From: Antedon mediterranea
Lineage: Eukaryota > Animalia > Echinodermata
Reading direction: 5' to 3'
NCBI RefSeq assembly: GCF_964355755.1
Contig: NC_092671.1
Span: forward strand, 23,386,070 to 23,450,069
Length of the DNA: 64,000 nt
Part shown: positions 26,893-39,815 of the stretch, in pieces
Layout: every line of letters begins with the position of its first letter
Position numbering within the stretch: the first letter of the stretch is position 1
Translations under genes and position numbers: made by a program
The notes under the pieces: generated by a model
Databases searched by the model: none
What the model saw: the letters and a program-made list of their open reading frames with translations, nothing else
What the model was told of the DNA's origin: nothing

Positions 26893-28039
26893 AATTCAGT
26901 ATATAAAATAATTTAACTTAATTACATAATGTACAATATTTACACGTGATAGTATTGCCCAATAGAATTTACTCATTTTTTTTAGGCACAGGCCTAGGCC
27001 TAGCATAGGGCTTCTACTAGGCCCTAGCTAGCTACCATTTTAAAACCCAAAAACAATCGAAATAAACTATTCCGAATCCGTCTTAACTCTTATGCTACAT
27101 TACGCATATATATATAACATATTATTTAAGATGAAAAACATTGAGTTTTATATTGTTTTATCCATACGTAATTACACTGGCATTAAAGATATAACATTAA
27201 AATGCAGACCGTTTATGAGCTATTTCGCCGATTTCTTATCGCTGGGAAATTCCCCACCATTGACATCGATCGATCGAGGAGTAGGCCTAGGCTAGAATAG
27301 AATAGAGGCCTACCGTGCATGCCGGAACGGGTGGATTATTGCTATATTAATAACAAGTTTGAACAAAAGAGCTTACGACAATCTTAGGTAAAGTTTTATG
27401 AAACGTAGGCCTACTTGCTTGGCGAATCCATATGCCTTTTAAATCACTTTAACATGTTCGTATTATCGGATCGTACAGTAAAACCAAATAAAACACCGCC
27501 TCAACAACCTCGTGCGATGTGCGATCTGTTGTTCTTTGCAGCGGATCAACATTGGTAGAGTCCATTAATTATGAGGGTGTAATAATGTAATAACTATTAA
27601 AAACGTGTCTCAACCACTGTGTAATCAAAGCGTTTATTTAATTAAAACTTGGATCCTCCTAAAATTGATAATCGCGTATTCCGGTTACCACGTGATTGAT
27701 TCACGGTTGGTTGCACGCTTCTTTTTTTTTTCTACATCCGGCGTGTTGTACCATGCATGTTTATATTATTGTTACGGTTTAACAAAGGCAGTGCATACAA
27801 ATAAAAATACAATAATAGACCACGGAGACTGCATGAATAGACATTGTTTCAACATCCTGCCTCACTTTTGTATTGACTATTGTTGACCTGGGCTGAGCCT
27901 GGGTGTAACCGTAAATCAATTTGGCCAAAAATATGGGGAAATTTGAAAATGCAGTAAAAAAATCAAAATGCGGTAGAAAACGTCGAGATAACGGTAGCGC
28001 AGTAGATGGGTACTAAAAGCGGTAGACTTGGGACCCCTG
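26893..28039 (+). mobile_element. One-ended copy of the hAT-like MITE (left ~290 bp missing)
   Basis: Near-identical to 32200-33326; ends in CTTGGGACCCCTG. Confidence 0.9.
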
Positions 28040-28084
28040 CAACACTTTTATCTTTAATTATTGTATATCGAAATTTTCATAAAT

Positions 28085-29495
28085 ATGTCGGAATCATATT
28101 ATCTTGTAAAATGGCTGCAGCCGAGAAAAGATAAAGGAAGTATTTCGCATGTCCTACGCAACGAAATCGACAGTGAGGCCAAAATAATATCTGTTGGCAT
28201 TACAATAAGAGCCAAGTATGTTCGCAAGTTCTACAAGGCAGAAGTAATTGAGGGTATGTTTTTTTTACTTAGTTTTTTTCGACTAATTAGTTTGTGATAA
28301 GCCAATAATATTTAAAGCTATTTTTACCACCAATAAATAGATAGGGCCCACTCTTTTCTGCTTTCCTCTATTGATTTTGTATATATTGTGATGAATGAAA
28401 AATGATATGCAGGCCTAATGATTTTAACTTCTGTTTGTTTTTGTAGTTTGCGAATCCGAAAAAGAAGATGATAAGGAAGACCAAGTAGATGGAAATGAAG
28501 CGACAACCAATGATGAGGTAGAAACAGCTAGACACAGAGAAGTAGCGGTAACGAGTGATGGTATAAACGACGGGGTGTGAGAAAGCGTGGTGAAAGAAGT
28601 GGTGGTAAGCGATAAAGAGGTAGTGGTAACCGATAATGAAGTAGTAGTGACATTAACGATGGTATGAACGACGGGTTGACAGAAAGTGACGAAGAAGTTA
28701 CTGGAGATCACGGAGAACCAAAATAAAAAAAACCAAGGTTGGATAGCGACTTTCTTGACATCGAAGAAGATGATAAAGATGAATTCCTTCGTGGTGCTGT
28801 GGCTATCACAAGCGACTCCTTTTTGCAAGGACTCCAAGGATCAAACGACTTTCAAATAAGCTGTAAGTATTTGTTATAGTTAAATTAGGGGATAATTTAG
28901 AATAAAATAATGATCACATATTGTTTGTTGACCTTGTTATAATAATCCTTTGAAATAATGATTCATAGCAAATAATTGCAAAATGGCCTATTCAGATTTA
29001 TCTTTCATTTATTATTGATGTTAATAAACTACTGTACTAAACATTATCGTACTAATATATTTGTTGTTGTCTATACAAATTACAGCTCCGAAACAAGACA
29101 CCACGGTTCAACGACTACTGGAAGGACTAACTTGTCTGTTGGAACAGTCGGCAAATAGACACATTGGTGGAAACGGTTTTGGAGGACAAAACAAAACAAG
29201 TGATGTCGGATATAGCCAAAACGAATTGAGTGATACTCGTAAGTATTGTTGTTATGCTTTTGACCATTAGGGAAACGTCTAACTTTTCTGCCAATTATCT
29301 TTGTTGAATACATTTTAGTGGTATTCATAAGTGTTTATATTGACGTACGTACGTATTACGTATAGACCTTCTTTTCTAGGTATGGGCCGAATCGTCTCAG
29401 TACAATTTATTGATTTATTTATTTATTTGAACTTACACCTTTAAATCGGTGGCACTTGGTGCGTTCTTAAATTCACAAACTTAACTAAACAAATA

Positions 29496-29545
<50 letters not shown>

Positions 29546-31655
29546 CATAAACATTAACTAAAGTCTCGAACAAAATAACAATTTAAAACTTTAATTAACT
29601 GGTAATATTCAGTAATACAGATCTTAATCTACTATAAAGATTGAACATGCTTAATTTCTGATCCTTTCTTCCAAGCTCTCTTGACATAAAGTTTACAAAA
29701 TCTATCAAAAATCTGCTCTACTTCATTAGGTAGAGGAATAGCTGTTGATCCTAAAACATAATACAGTTTATTATTGATAGTTGAGTTTGAAAATTCATTC
29801 CAGATATTATTATAATTAATTAATGCATGTTCAAGCTTATCCAACTCTTCCAATCTTATGTTCGTAAGAGCAGGACAGATAAACAGGAAGTGTCTTATAG
29901 TTTCCTCTTGATTAATGTTACAAAGTGTACAAAAACCATTATTTTCTTCAGACCATCTTGAAACTCTGCTATCCAATGCTAATGTGTTCGAGCGAAGTTT
30001 AAATTTTAGGGATGCTCCTTCAAAATCTACTTTATCTAATAAATATTCTTCTATTTTTATTGTGTCCTTAAATAGGACAAAATCTGTGAGAGATGTCTTA
30101 CTAGCAACATTCTCTTTCCATTCATTATGAAATATTACTTTATCAATTAGAGGATTAACCCAATATGCATTGTCACGATTTTTAAGCAAGAATTCTAGAA
30201 GGTCTTCAGATTCACGTTTTGTAAAAACATCATATATACACTTAATAAATTTGAAGCGAAAATCATTAGGATCACCATCAAGAAGTTTAGTGTCATTGAA
30301 AAGTATATTTGGCCATCGATATGATTCCATTTTAATTAAGCGACTAAAGTATTTAACTCGAGAAATGTCATGCATGATATGTATTGGTATCCAGCCAAGT
30401 TCCCTATAAATTACAGATCGTGGTGTACTCATAGGAGCCTTTAAAATATATCTAGCCATCTGTAATTGAAGTTTTTCTATTTTATCTATCTATATCTGAT
30501 TTATTTATGGTACACCATACATCTGAACCATAATTAATTGAAGGAAAGGCAATTGTCCTCCAAAGGATATCGCCAAAATATACCCTATTGAAATTATCAA
30601 AATTGTCAACAACAGACTTGATATAAGCAATCAATCTATTACCTTTCTTTACAACACTTTTAAATTGTTTGTGATCATTTAAATTTCTTGAAATAAGGAC
30701 ACCTAGGTATTTATATGATTCGGCTTCACTAATATAGCCATCTCCTAATTTCCATTTTTTCTCCTTATTTATATGTTTTCCAATAACTAATATATTCGAT
30801 TTCTCAAAATTAAAATTAAGCTTCCATTCTTTTGAAAATGTAGAGGCTAAGTCCAGCATTTTGTTCATTTCAAATTCATTGTTTGCAAGCAGTGTGATAT
30901 CGTCTGCCCAGAATAAACCACCTAGCCAATTTCCATCAATCCCTACACCCAAATCATGTGAAACAAGTAATTTTTTTAATTCATTGATAAAAATACTAAA
31001 TAGAACTGGTGATGACACACAGCCTTGCTTAACCCCCTGATGGATTTCAAATTAATCTGTGTCAATTCTACCCATCTTTACACTACCTGTTACTTTTTCA
31101 TATAGTTTGTCAATACAATACAATATTAATGACGAAAACCGCCTATATAATATAGTCTATCCATTGTTGTTTTCCTTTACAGGAATGCACTCCTTATCTC
31201 AATGCAAATGTGATTCCTAGCACCCCTCCATTTCCCACAACCCGAAATATCTACAACAAAAATTAATCTGCGTTTTTTCTCTAATTACAGTTAAAGATTT
31301 TTTGACACGTTTAACGACTTTAGAAAAGGAAGTGGCAATGCTAAAACGTGGCAATGCTAAAACGTGCATGTAAAGTTGCGCCGAAGACGCTCACTCAGAA
31401 AGTGATTTTGCCACCGCCAACTACAGAATCTGGATGGTTTTCTTAAAAGCTGAATTATTATCTTGCAATTTGAGTTGGACAGGGGGGCTTAAACCGTTAC
31501 CAGAAGCAAAAATGTTGGCTATATTCAGAGAGGTTGATGTCATCTTTCCGAATTCGACTATAACGGAAGAAAACGCTATCAAAGAAGCTGTTAATTGCAA
31601 ATGCCGATATGTCACATTTTTAAATAAAAGAAGGGAAGAACGGCCGACTGAATAA
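28085..31655 (+). pseudogene. Multi-exon BEN-domain protein gene (N-terminal YYLVKW beta-rich module, acidic linker, coiled coil, C-terminal BEN-like domain), disrupted
   Basis: Putative exons 28085-28253, 28447-28862, 29086-29238, ~31182 and 31291-31655 with GT-AG borders. C-terminus VF...ELLSCNLSWTGGLKPL..KMLAI...V..IFP...IKEAVNCKCR fits the BEN pattern. Stops and frameshifts in exon 2 and the last exon. Confidence 0.65.
29405..31125 (-). mobile_element. 5'-truncated LINE (RTEX-like): RT 3' half plus C-terminal CCHC knuckle
   Basis: GVKQGCVSSPVLF, LFWADD, YKYLG, ELGW, CTLC..EETIRHFLFIC; (TAAA)n tail at ~29405-29430. Lies in an intron of the BEN gene. Confidence 0.85.
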
Positions 31656-31909
31656 TAACCTGTAAATATGTTGTCTAATAAATATATTGTTGATATGGCA
31701 TGATAAATATAGCATACATTGTCTTAATTTCTATCTAATTCGTTGTGCAGTACTGTAGGCTACTACAGTATTCAAAGTTATTCTAAATCGTTATTAATAA
31801 AATAACCTGTAAATATGTTGTATAATAAATATATTGTTGATATTGCATAATAAATATAGCGTACATTGTCTTAATTTCTACTACTTCGTGTGCAGTACCG
31901 TATGCTACT

Positions 31910-33326
31910 CAGAGGTCCCAACTTGGGAAAGTTCATTCGCAGGAGATTTTGTCGTGAACCACATTCAATTCGTCGGGGCGTCGAAAGTCAACGTGCGGGG
32001 AATCGAAAATCAACATGCGTGTCGTTTACGTCTCCTAATTAACTAAATATGTTACATATACAGTATATACAATATTTACACATAAGTTGGTTTAATTTTT
32101 ACATAGGTTTATCCATCATTATTTTTACATTCTTATTTTTTTTATGGACACATCCTCAGTACAAAGAATTTATAAAATATATATACTGTATTTTAACTAA
32201 AATTCAGTATATAAAATAATTTAACTTAATTACATAATGTACAATATTTACACATGATAGTATTGCCCAATAGAATTTACTTTTTAGGCACAGGCCTAGC
32301 ATAGGGCTTCTACTAGGCCCTAGCTAGCTACCATTTTAAAGCCCAAAAACAATCGAAATAAACTATTCCGAATCCGTCTTATGCTACATTACGCGAGTTA
32401 ACATATTATTTCAGATGAAAAACATTGAGTTTTATATTGTTTTATCCATACGTAATTACACTGGCATTAAAGATATAACATTAAAATGTAGGCCGTTTAT
32501 GAGCTATTTCGCCGATTTCTTATCGCTGGGAAATTCCCCACCATCGATCGATCGAGGAGTAGGCCTAGGCTAGAATAGAATAGAGGCCGAACGGGTGGAT
32601 TATTGCAATATAAATAACAAGTTTGAACAAAAGAGCTTACGACAATCTTAGGTAAATTTTTATTAAACGTAGGCCTACTTGCTTGGCGAATCCATATGCC
32701 TTTTAAATCATTTTAACATGTTCGTATTATCGGATCGTACAATAAAACCAAATAAAACACCGCCTCAACAACCTCGTGCGATGTGTGTGATCTGTTGTTC
32801 TTTGCAGCGGATCAACATTGGTAGAGTCCATTAATTATCAGGGTGTTTAAAAATGTAATAACTATTAAAAACGTGTCTCAACCACTGTGTAATCAAAGCG
32901 TTTATTTAGTTAAAACTTGAATCCTTCCAAAATTGATAATCGCGTATTCCGGTTACCACGTGATTGATTCACGGTTGGTTGCACGCTTCTTTTTTTTTCT
33001 ATGTCCGGCGTGTAGTACCGTGCATGTTTATATTATTGTTACGGTTTAACAAAGGCAGTGCATACAAATAAAAATACAATAATAGACCACGGAAACTGCA
33101 TGAATAGACATTGTTTCAACATCCTGCCTCACTTTTGTATTGACTATTGTTGACCTGGGCTGAGCCTGGGTGTAACCGTAAATCAATTTGGCCAAAAATA
33201 TGGGGAAATTTGAAAATGCGGTAAAAAAATCAAAATGCGGTAGAAAACGTCGAGATAGCGGTAGCGCGGCAGATGGGTACTAAAAGCGGTAGACTACCGC
33301 GAGTAGCGGTAGACTTGGGACCCCTG
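31910..33326 (+). mobile_element. Complete hAT-like MITE (1.4 kb) with 6-bp TSD
   Basis: CAGAGGTCCCAA ... TTGGGACCCCTG flanked by GCTACT/GCTACT. The empty site is visible in the tandem copy at ~31750-31780. Confidence 0.85.
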
Positions 33327-33981
33327 GCTACTACAGTATTCAAAGTTATTCTACATCGTTATTAATATTAAATTTGGGAGACAACCACAAAGGCCGGCTC
33401 AATTGACGAGTCTAACCACGTCGGACTCAGAATTTCCGATCGGCACCATTTTTTTAATTGTCCAAAATAAAAAAAATTCAAAATAATAGTATTTTTTATG
33501 TGTAAATCGAAGAATTTATGGGGCGTTGGAAAACGATTACTCGCTTCCTGGACAATGAGCATGCAAGGACAATTGAGATTTAAGACAAAGCTTTTAATTT
33601 GAGTTGCTATCATGCATAGTAGAGGTACAGTACATTCAATTTGTACATGCCAAATCGTGACCACTCAAGCCGAACGAAAAACAAATACCTAATGTTTTCA
33701 TGTGGGCATAGGGAGATCATTATTATGCTAGTAAACAAATTGAAAAATACACCGATGACAAAGCTTAGTAGCCTTCACAAAATAAATGCAAAATCAATAT
33801 ATTCCTTGTTTAATAAGTATAAATTAAATATTAATACAACTAGGCATTTGTGCAACGAAAAAATGGCCAATGATTTATTTCAACAATAACGAAGGTGGTC
33901 CATCCAGCCGAAGCCGATCATTAGGGACTCTCACAACAATACAATATGACGAGACATATAACGTGTACGGTAACAATAAAA

Positions 33982-36900
33982 ACTAGATTTGAACTCGTCA
34001 CTTTGACTAGTTCGGGTTATCCGCGCAAACGCAACCATGCACATACTTAACCATATGAACCTCGACAATTATTATGCCATCCTATGACATGAAATAAATA
34101 TGTTTACAGTGCTGAATTGTACCTATTATGTAGCATATATCATATTACAGTGTTTTACAGAATAAACTGTATGTTATATACAGTGTAGCATAGACGAAAT
34201 TACGAGACCCATCTTTTAAATCCAATTATTAACACAATGACGTCATCAAATTGACATATAAAGATAACAATTTTAGAAGATAATTATCTAAATAATTACA
34301 TTATTGCAAATTTGAAGAATGTTGGGCACGTCAAATTGAGATGCGCTCTCGTTTAAACGCAATGAACTTTTACGCAAGAGATGAAAATACCACTTTTTGA
34401 ACTCAACTAGCCATATGATGACGTCACAACATCTGATTGGCAAAATATTCACATGAATTCGTATCTACAATCAAATAGCTTCCAGAAAACGTATTAATCA
34501 TGATTATCACTTTTTATTCTAAACGAGCTATAACAGATTGAAATTTACTGTAATGATGAAAATAAGTGACCCACGTTATGCACGCTTTTAATCATGATGA
34601 CGTCATCACAATTTTAAAAATGTTAAATCATGCAAAAGATAATTGATTGACCAAGACAATATAAAAAACGGAGGGAAATGGAATAAGGATAAGTGCAAAT
34701 GCGCTCAATTAAATGTGATGAGCTATGACGAAAAAGACAAAAATCCTATATTTTATATTCGAGTGGCCATATGATGACGTCACAATGTCCAGTTAGCCAT
34801 ATTGATCCATGATCCGATATCTACAACTCATCAACATCCAGAATATGTAATTAAAAAAAAGTTCACCGTGTAGTTTAGAATCTATGACTGTTTAAAAAAA
34901 GGCTTAATTTTGGCGAATTTTTTAACTTTTTCATCAAAAACGCCCACAAATTGTCCAATTCGACGTGCTCGTATGACGTGATTTTAAATCGAAATTGTTA
35001 GACAGTTGGTCAAATTACTAGAAAAGACTGGAAAAACATAAATCACGCGAAAAAAAAGGTTTTTAGCGCTACGTGCGCACAGTGCGCGTAAAAATATGCG
35101 CTCACGTGGGAATTTTTTACATGCTTAAAATGACATGAAATGCGTAGAAAGTTGATTAGAAATTGATTTTGCGCATTCCGAAATTTTAAACGTGCGTGCG
35201 TAACTTTTTGTGAAACATGCCATTTTTAAGCCATAGAAAGTTTGCTCTTGATATGACTTAAATTTTCACCAAGCGTCAATATAAAATGACTTTTGGTTTT
35301 TAATCTATGATCAATCATTGAAAGTCATAAAATTGCGCGTAACTTACGCTACGCGACTCTAAAGTAAAAAAACGAAATGTCCTGCACTTCTACAGTTGAA
35401 GGTCAATCTTCTGAAAAAATTATACGATGTAATGTTGATAAGAATTTGAGATACACGTGACACAAAATTCTGGGAAAGAAAGAAGAACTAGACATGAAAC
35501 TCGTCACTTTGACGAGTTAGTTATCCGCACAACAAACGCCACGCGCACGTCATACGTTGGAATTTTGCACACGGAAAAAGATTATGACATTATGACCTGA
35601 ACTGAAGAATATTATATGCTGTTAGTGCTGAATTCTGTCAATTTTGTGTCATATAGTATATACAGTGCAAACGGTATAATCTGTATACATGTTACATACA
35701 GTGTAGAATAGGTGAAATTACGGGTCCCCCCGTTTATACTTATTTTTAACACGGCTTTGGTATCAAAATGAAACACTAAGATAGCAATTTCGGAAGGAAA
35801 TTATCTCAGCAACAACATATTAACGTGTGGAAGAAATTTGAATACGTAAAATATAGATGCGCGCCCTTTTAAATGTGATGAACTATTACGCAAAATATGA
35901 AAATACGACTTTTTTTATTCAACTGGCCATATGATGACGTTACAACATCCGATTGGCAAAATGTTTACATGAATTCGTATCTACAATCCAATAGCTTCCA
36001 GAAAACGTTTTAATCATGATTATCACGTTTTATTCTGACGAGCTATAACAGATTGAAATTTACTGTAAAGATGAAAATAAGTGACCCACGTTATTTTCAT
36101 TTTTAGACATGATGACGTCATAAAAATTAAAATATTTTAACTCATGCGAAAGATAGTTGATTGACCTAGATAATATAAAAATCGGGGTGAAAATGGAAAA
36201 CAGATAATTGGAGATGCGCTCTATTAAATGTGATGAGCTATGATCAAAGATACAAAAATTCTATTTTTTATATTCGCATGGCCATACGATGACGTCACAA
36301 TGTCCGGTAAGCCGTATTGATGCATGATACATGATCTACAACTCATCATCTTCCAAACTACGTAATAAAAATAACTTTTACCGTTTAGTTTAGAAACTAC
36401 GACTGTTTAAAAAAAGGTATAATTTTGACAAATTTTGACCAATTTTTGAACTTTTTCATCAAAAACGCACATAAATTATCCAATTCGACGTGCCCGTATG
36501 ACGTAATTTGAAGTCGAAATTGTTTAAAAGTTGGTAAAATTACTAGAAAAGGCTGAAAAAACATAAATCACGCGAAAAAATCTGTTTTTAACGGTACGTG
36601 TGCTCCGCGCGCGTAAAAATTTGCGCGCGCCTGGGAATTTTTGACATTCTCAAAATGACATGAAACGCGTAGAAAGTTGATTAGAAATTAATTTTGCGCA
36701 TTTTGAAATTTTAAATGCGCGTACGCGCGTAACTTTTTGTAAAACACGCATTTTTTTTTCAACAAAAAGTTAGCGCATGATATAAATTAAACTTTTGCAA
36801 AGTTTCAATTTAAAATGTTATTTGGTTTTTGACCTATGTTAAATATGTGAAATTCATAAAATCGCGCGTAAGTCATGTTGCGCAACTCTGACATAATTCA

Positions 36901-37134
36901 AAAATAGGAGGTGCACAACTTCACGTGAATGCCCTCATGCTGACAAAGTTATAACATGTTATGTTTACAAGTTTTTGAGATACGTGAGACACAAAAATGG
37001 GGGAGAAGGAAAAAAAAAAGTAACAGGACAGTTACAAGGAGTTATCCGCTCAATGCGGATAACTAATAAGATAGAAAAAAAAAAAAAAGATCCTTACAAT
37101 AACAAGGGGTTATCCGCCAAGTGCGGATAACCAA
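33982..37134 (-). mobile_element. Long HINE (Helentron-type) copy A
   Basis: One end ACTAG + hairpin AACTCGTCA..TGACTAGTT + GTTATCCGC; other end palindrome GGTTATCCGCCAAGTGCGGATAACC. Inserted in an A/T run with no TSD. Confidence 0.75.
35487..37066 (-). mobile_element. Long HINE copy B nested in copy A
   Basis: ACTAG..AACTCGTCACTTTGACGAGTT..GTTATCCGC at 35487; AGTTATCCGCTCAATGCGGATAACT at 37040-37064. Confidence 0.78.
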
Positions 37135-37246
37135 TTAAATTAAAATAAATAGAATTTATAAACAAAATAAAAAGGACAAAACATATAGAATCAAACATTA
37201 AATGAATTAAATTAAATGACCACCAGTCATCTTTTTAACTAAATAA

Positions 37247-37997
37247 GGGCGCGTTTATACAACACGCTATTACACGCATATTCTACACGCCTACGAGAAG
37301 TGTGTTGTATAACAACAAAGAGATTCCGTGTAATGAGATTTTAATTGCAAAAAAGGCTACTTGGCTGAATCCTAAAATTTGGTGGATTCCCGGTCGCCGT
37401 TACCGTGTTGGAAGTGTCGTCAGGGTATATTTTGACCTCTCGTTAAAACAGGTCGTAATATCAATCATGTCATGCGACGTTGCTAACAAGATTGGGCCCA
37501 TTTATTGCTGCTTCGCTGCCAGCAATCATCTTCCTACCATGTCTTCCGCCTAGCCTAGTGGGGCCAACTCGTAGTGGTAGTAGGCCTCTATCATTTCCCT
37601 CTCCAAACAGAATAAAAAATAACATCGCAAAAATGGCATCTTCTTCCATAGTGTATAGATGAAACAATGAAACCCTTAAAATAACTTTTATTAATTTAAA
37701 TGAACCGAGAACAAAATAAACACAATGCAAACGTGAACGAATACAATAATGAAAATGGTAAAAACCCGCGCGAATACATCGGAAAGCGAGGAGGCGACGA
37801 TCAGCTCCGCCAATTCAAGCGATCAACGATTTGACCTTTTATCCTAGCATGCACTGCGTGTTGATGAAACTTCCGGTACAACACGGTGTCGTGATTTCTA
37901 GTATAACAGCAAACGTTAAGGTGGGTTGACCTTGGTCCGAACAACACGCTAAAAATTAAAGCCGTGTTCAAATTTAGGGTGTTGTATAAACACGACC
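37247..37997. mobile_element. PIF/Harbinger-type MITE
   Basis: TAA + GGGCGCGTTTATACAACAC ... GTGTTGTATAAACACGACC + TAA. Confidence 0.8.
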
Positions 37998-38789
37998 TAA
38001 GATTACCGACCGGCAGAATTTGGAGTAAAAACATGTGAGCGCTGTGATAAAAGAGGATATCGCGTGACCAACATCTAGGTACTTGTTTACCCAATAATTA
38101 TTGGCCCGCAATCTATGAGCGCGCGAACACCGACGGCCAGCCGATCATTCGCTGCTGCTATTTTTAGAAGACCTTGTTTTTAACGATCGGCTACTGTAGA
38201 CGTTCGCTAATGCATTTAGAAGAGAAATGTGATAGTTCACCGGTAGCGTGGCACATCATGTTGCTATTGTCTGAACTTCCTATTGATATTTTTAGTCGAC
38301 TTATGTAAAAGAAAGCGACTAAAACACATTACAGGCCCCTGTTTATTATTAATATTAGATTATTTATTGAGGTTATGAACTTATAAACATTTTAGAATGA
38401 TGCTTGAGATCAGCATCCCCGGAATACAATTCAGCTACAAACTCTCTTAAAAGGCAAACTGAAACGAATTGTTTGAACCTTGTTTGTGATGACTCATCGT
38501 TAAACGCAGTGTCAAACGACGTTACAAGAAGCGATTTGCAACGACGTTAAAGGATTCGTAAAAATCAGTCAAGCATGTTAGTGGGCCGAACTATATACAA
38601 GCTATGCATATTGTCCATTTTCCAAACGGTCTGACGATTTTAGAATTTTCACGCTAACGTTAAAAAAACACGCTTTATCAGTTTGAAAACATTTGGACAT
38701 GACGCCTAACTCGGTTAGCCATCTTGTCCTATTCTAACGCATTGATTTTACACCACTTTTTCGTACAGTACATCCCAATAAATTTCGTT

Positions 38790-39815
38790 TTTATATAATA
38801 TATAAGTTAAAATAACTATAGTGAGGCATTTAATGAATAGGTAAACTGCCTTAAAATGTGACATGTTTCGAGAAACTGTTCTCATCATCAGAACAGAAAA
38901 CAACACCTAGAGTACTTATATACCAATAGGATAGGTTGTATGTAAATAAGGAAGTAATTAGCATGATAAAACAACAAGGAACGTAGGCAACAAACAATCA
39001 TATGGCAAGCGTGAAACCTAAGTTATAGATTTGTTTGTTCAAGGAAGGTTTACTCCACGTGATGTGGAGGGCTTTGAAAGCGGAATCTGCAGAATCCAGA
39101 ACGGTGTAAGCATTCCGCATTAGCGAGGGCCTTACACCGTTCTGAATCTTGCAGATGTTGAAAAATGTAAGAAGCCTTGTCCCTGAAATGTTCACGCACC
39201 CACATTGGTAACCGTCTATTGGTTTCACCAATATACATGGAATTACATTACATCTAACTAACTCCTTTGCAATATTAACGTGTAATTTTATCGATTCTTT
39301 GTTGTGCGCATTTGGCAAACTGTAAGTAGGGTAATTTAAAATAAAAAACCTTGTTTTGTTCAATAATCGACTCAACTGACGCAACATTGCAAGGAGAGAG
39401 AACATATTAAGATATCTGTAAATATTGTCATTAATTATACTGAGTGGAAAACAGTTTTTACTTAAAATGATTTTAAGAGTTTGTTAAAGCTAGACCAGGA
39501 ATTACTCAATTTGTAAACTCTGTCAATCAAAGTACGAACAAGCCCAATTTTGTAAGAAAAGGAAGTAAAACTGAAAAAATTAATGAGGAGACCCGTGAAG
39601 ATAGACTTTCTGAAGACCGAAGTTACGACAGAAGAACCATTCTTGTTTAAAATTATATCTAAATATCTAAAAATGGAAGACGATGGCCAATCTCATATTC
39701 AATTGTGAACTTTGTGTTAGGGTGCTGATCGTTAATAAAGTCAAAGAAAGTATTTGCATCATCTTTTGTATTGCATAAACAAAAAATGTCATCAATATTA
39801 TGACGATAAAACATG
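38790..39815 (-). mobile_element. Penelope-like element 3' part (RT end + GIY-YIG endonuclease), decayed
   Basis: IDDIF, HPNTKFTIE, LPFLD (RT); MYIGETNRRL..REH...IFQHL..C...KPSLNKQ (GIY-YIG). Confidence 0.88.
38857..38895 (-). ncRNA. Minimal type I hammerhead ribozyme
   Basis: Minus strand: TGTT-CTGATGA-T-GAGAA-CAGT-TTCTC-GAAA-CAT-GTC-ACA. Contains the CUGAUGA and GAAA cores, stem II, palindromic stem III and a GUC cleavage triplet, just downstream of the PLE ORF. Confidence 0.8.

Larger units (their letters stand above)
23220..38706. mobile_element. 15.5-kb DNA transposon unit (GG termini, TAA TSD; Zator- or Harbinger-type ends) with multiple nested insertions
   Basis: TAA + GGCGTCGTGTCCAAATGTTTCCAAAC ... 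GTTTGAAAACATTTGGACATGACGCC + TAA (26-bp TIR, 2 mismatches). Confidence 0.8.

Noticed and set aside
28424-28837. 137-aa minus-strand Thr/Ser-rich ORF
   Set aside because: Antisense shadow of the acidic low-complexity exon of the BEN gene.
29499-29543. Poly(A) tail of a plus-strand retrocopy
   Set aside because: It is a T-rich tract within the 3' UTR of the minus-strand LINE, whose tail lies at ~29405-29430.
26893-33326. Composite transposon of two direct hAT MITEs mobilising the BEN gene
   Set aside because: The left copy lacks its outer TIR and the right copy has its own TSD, so these are independent insertions.
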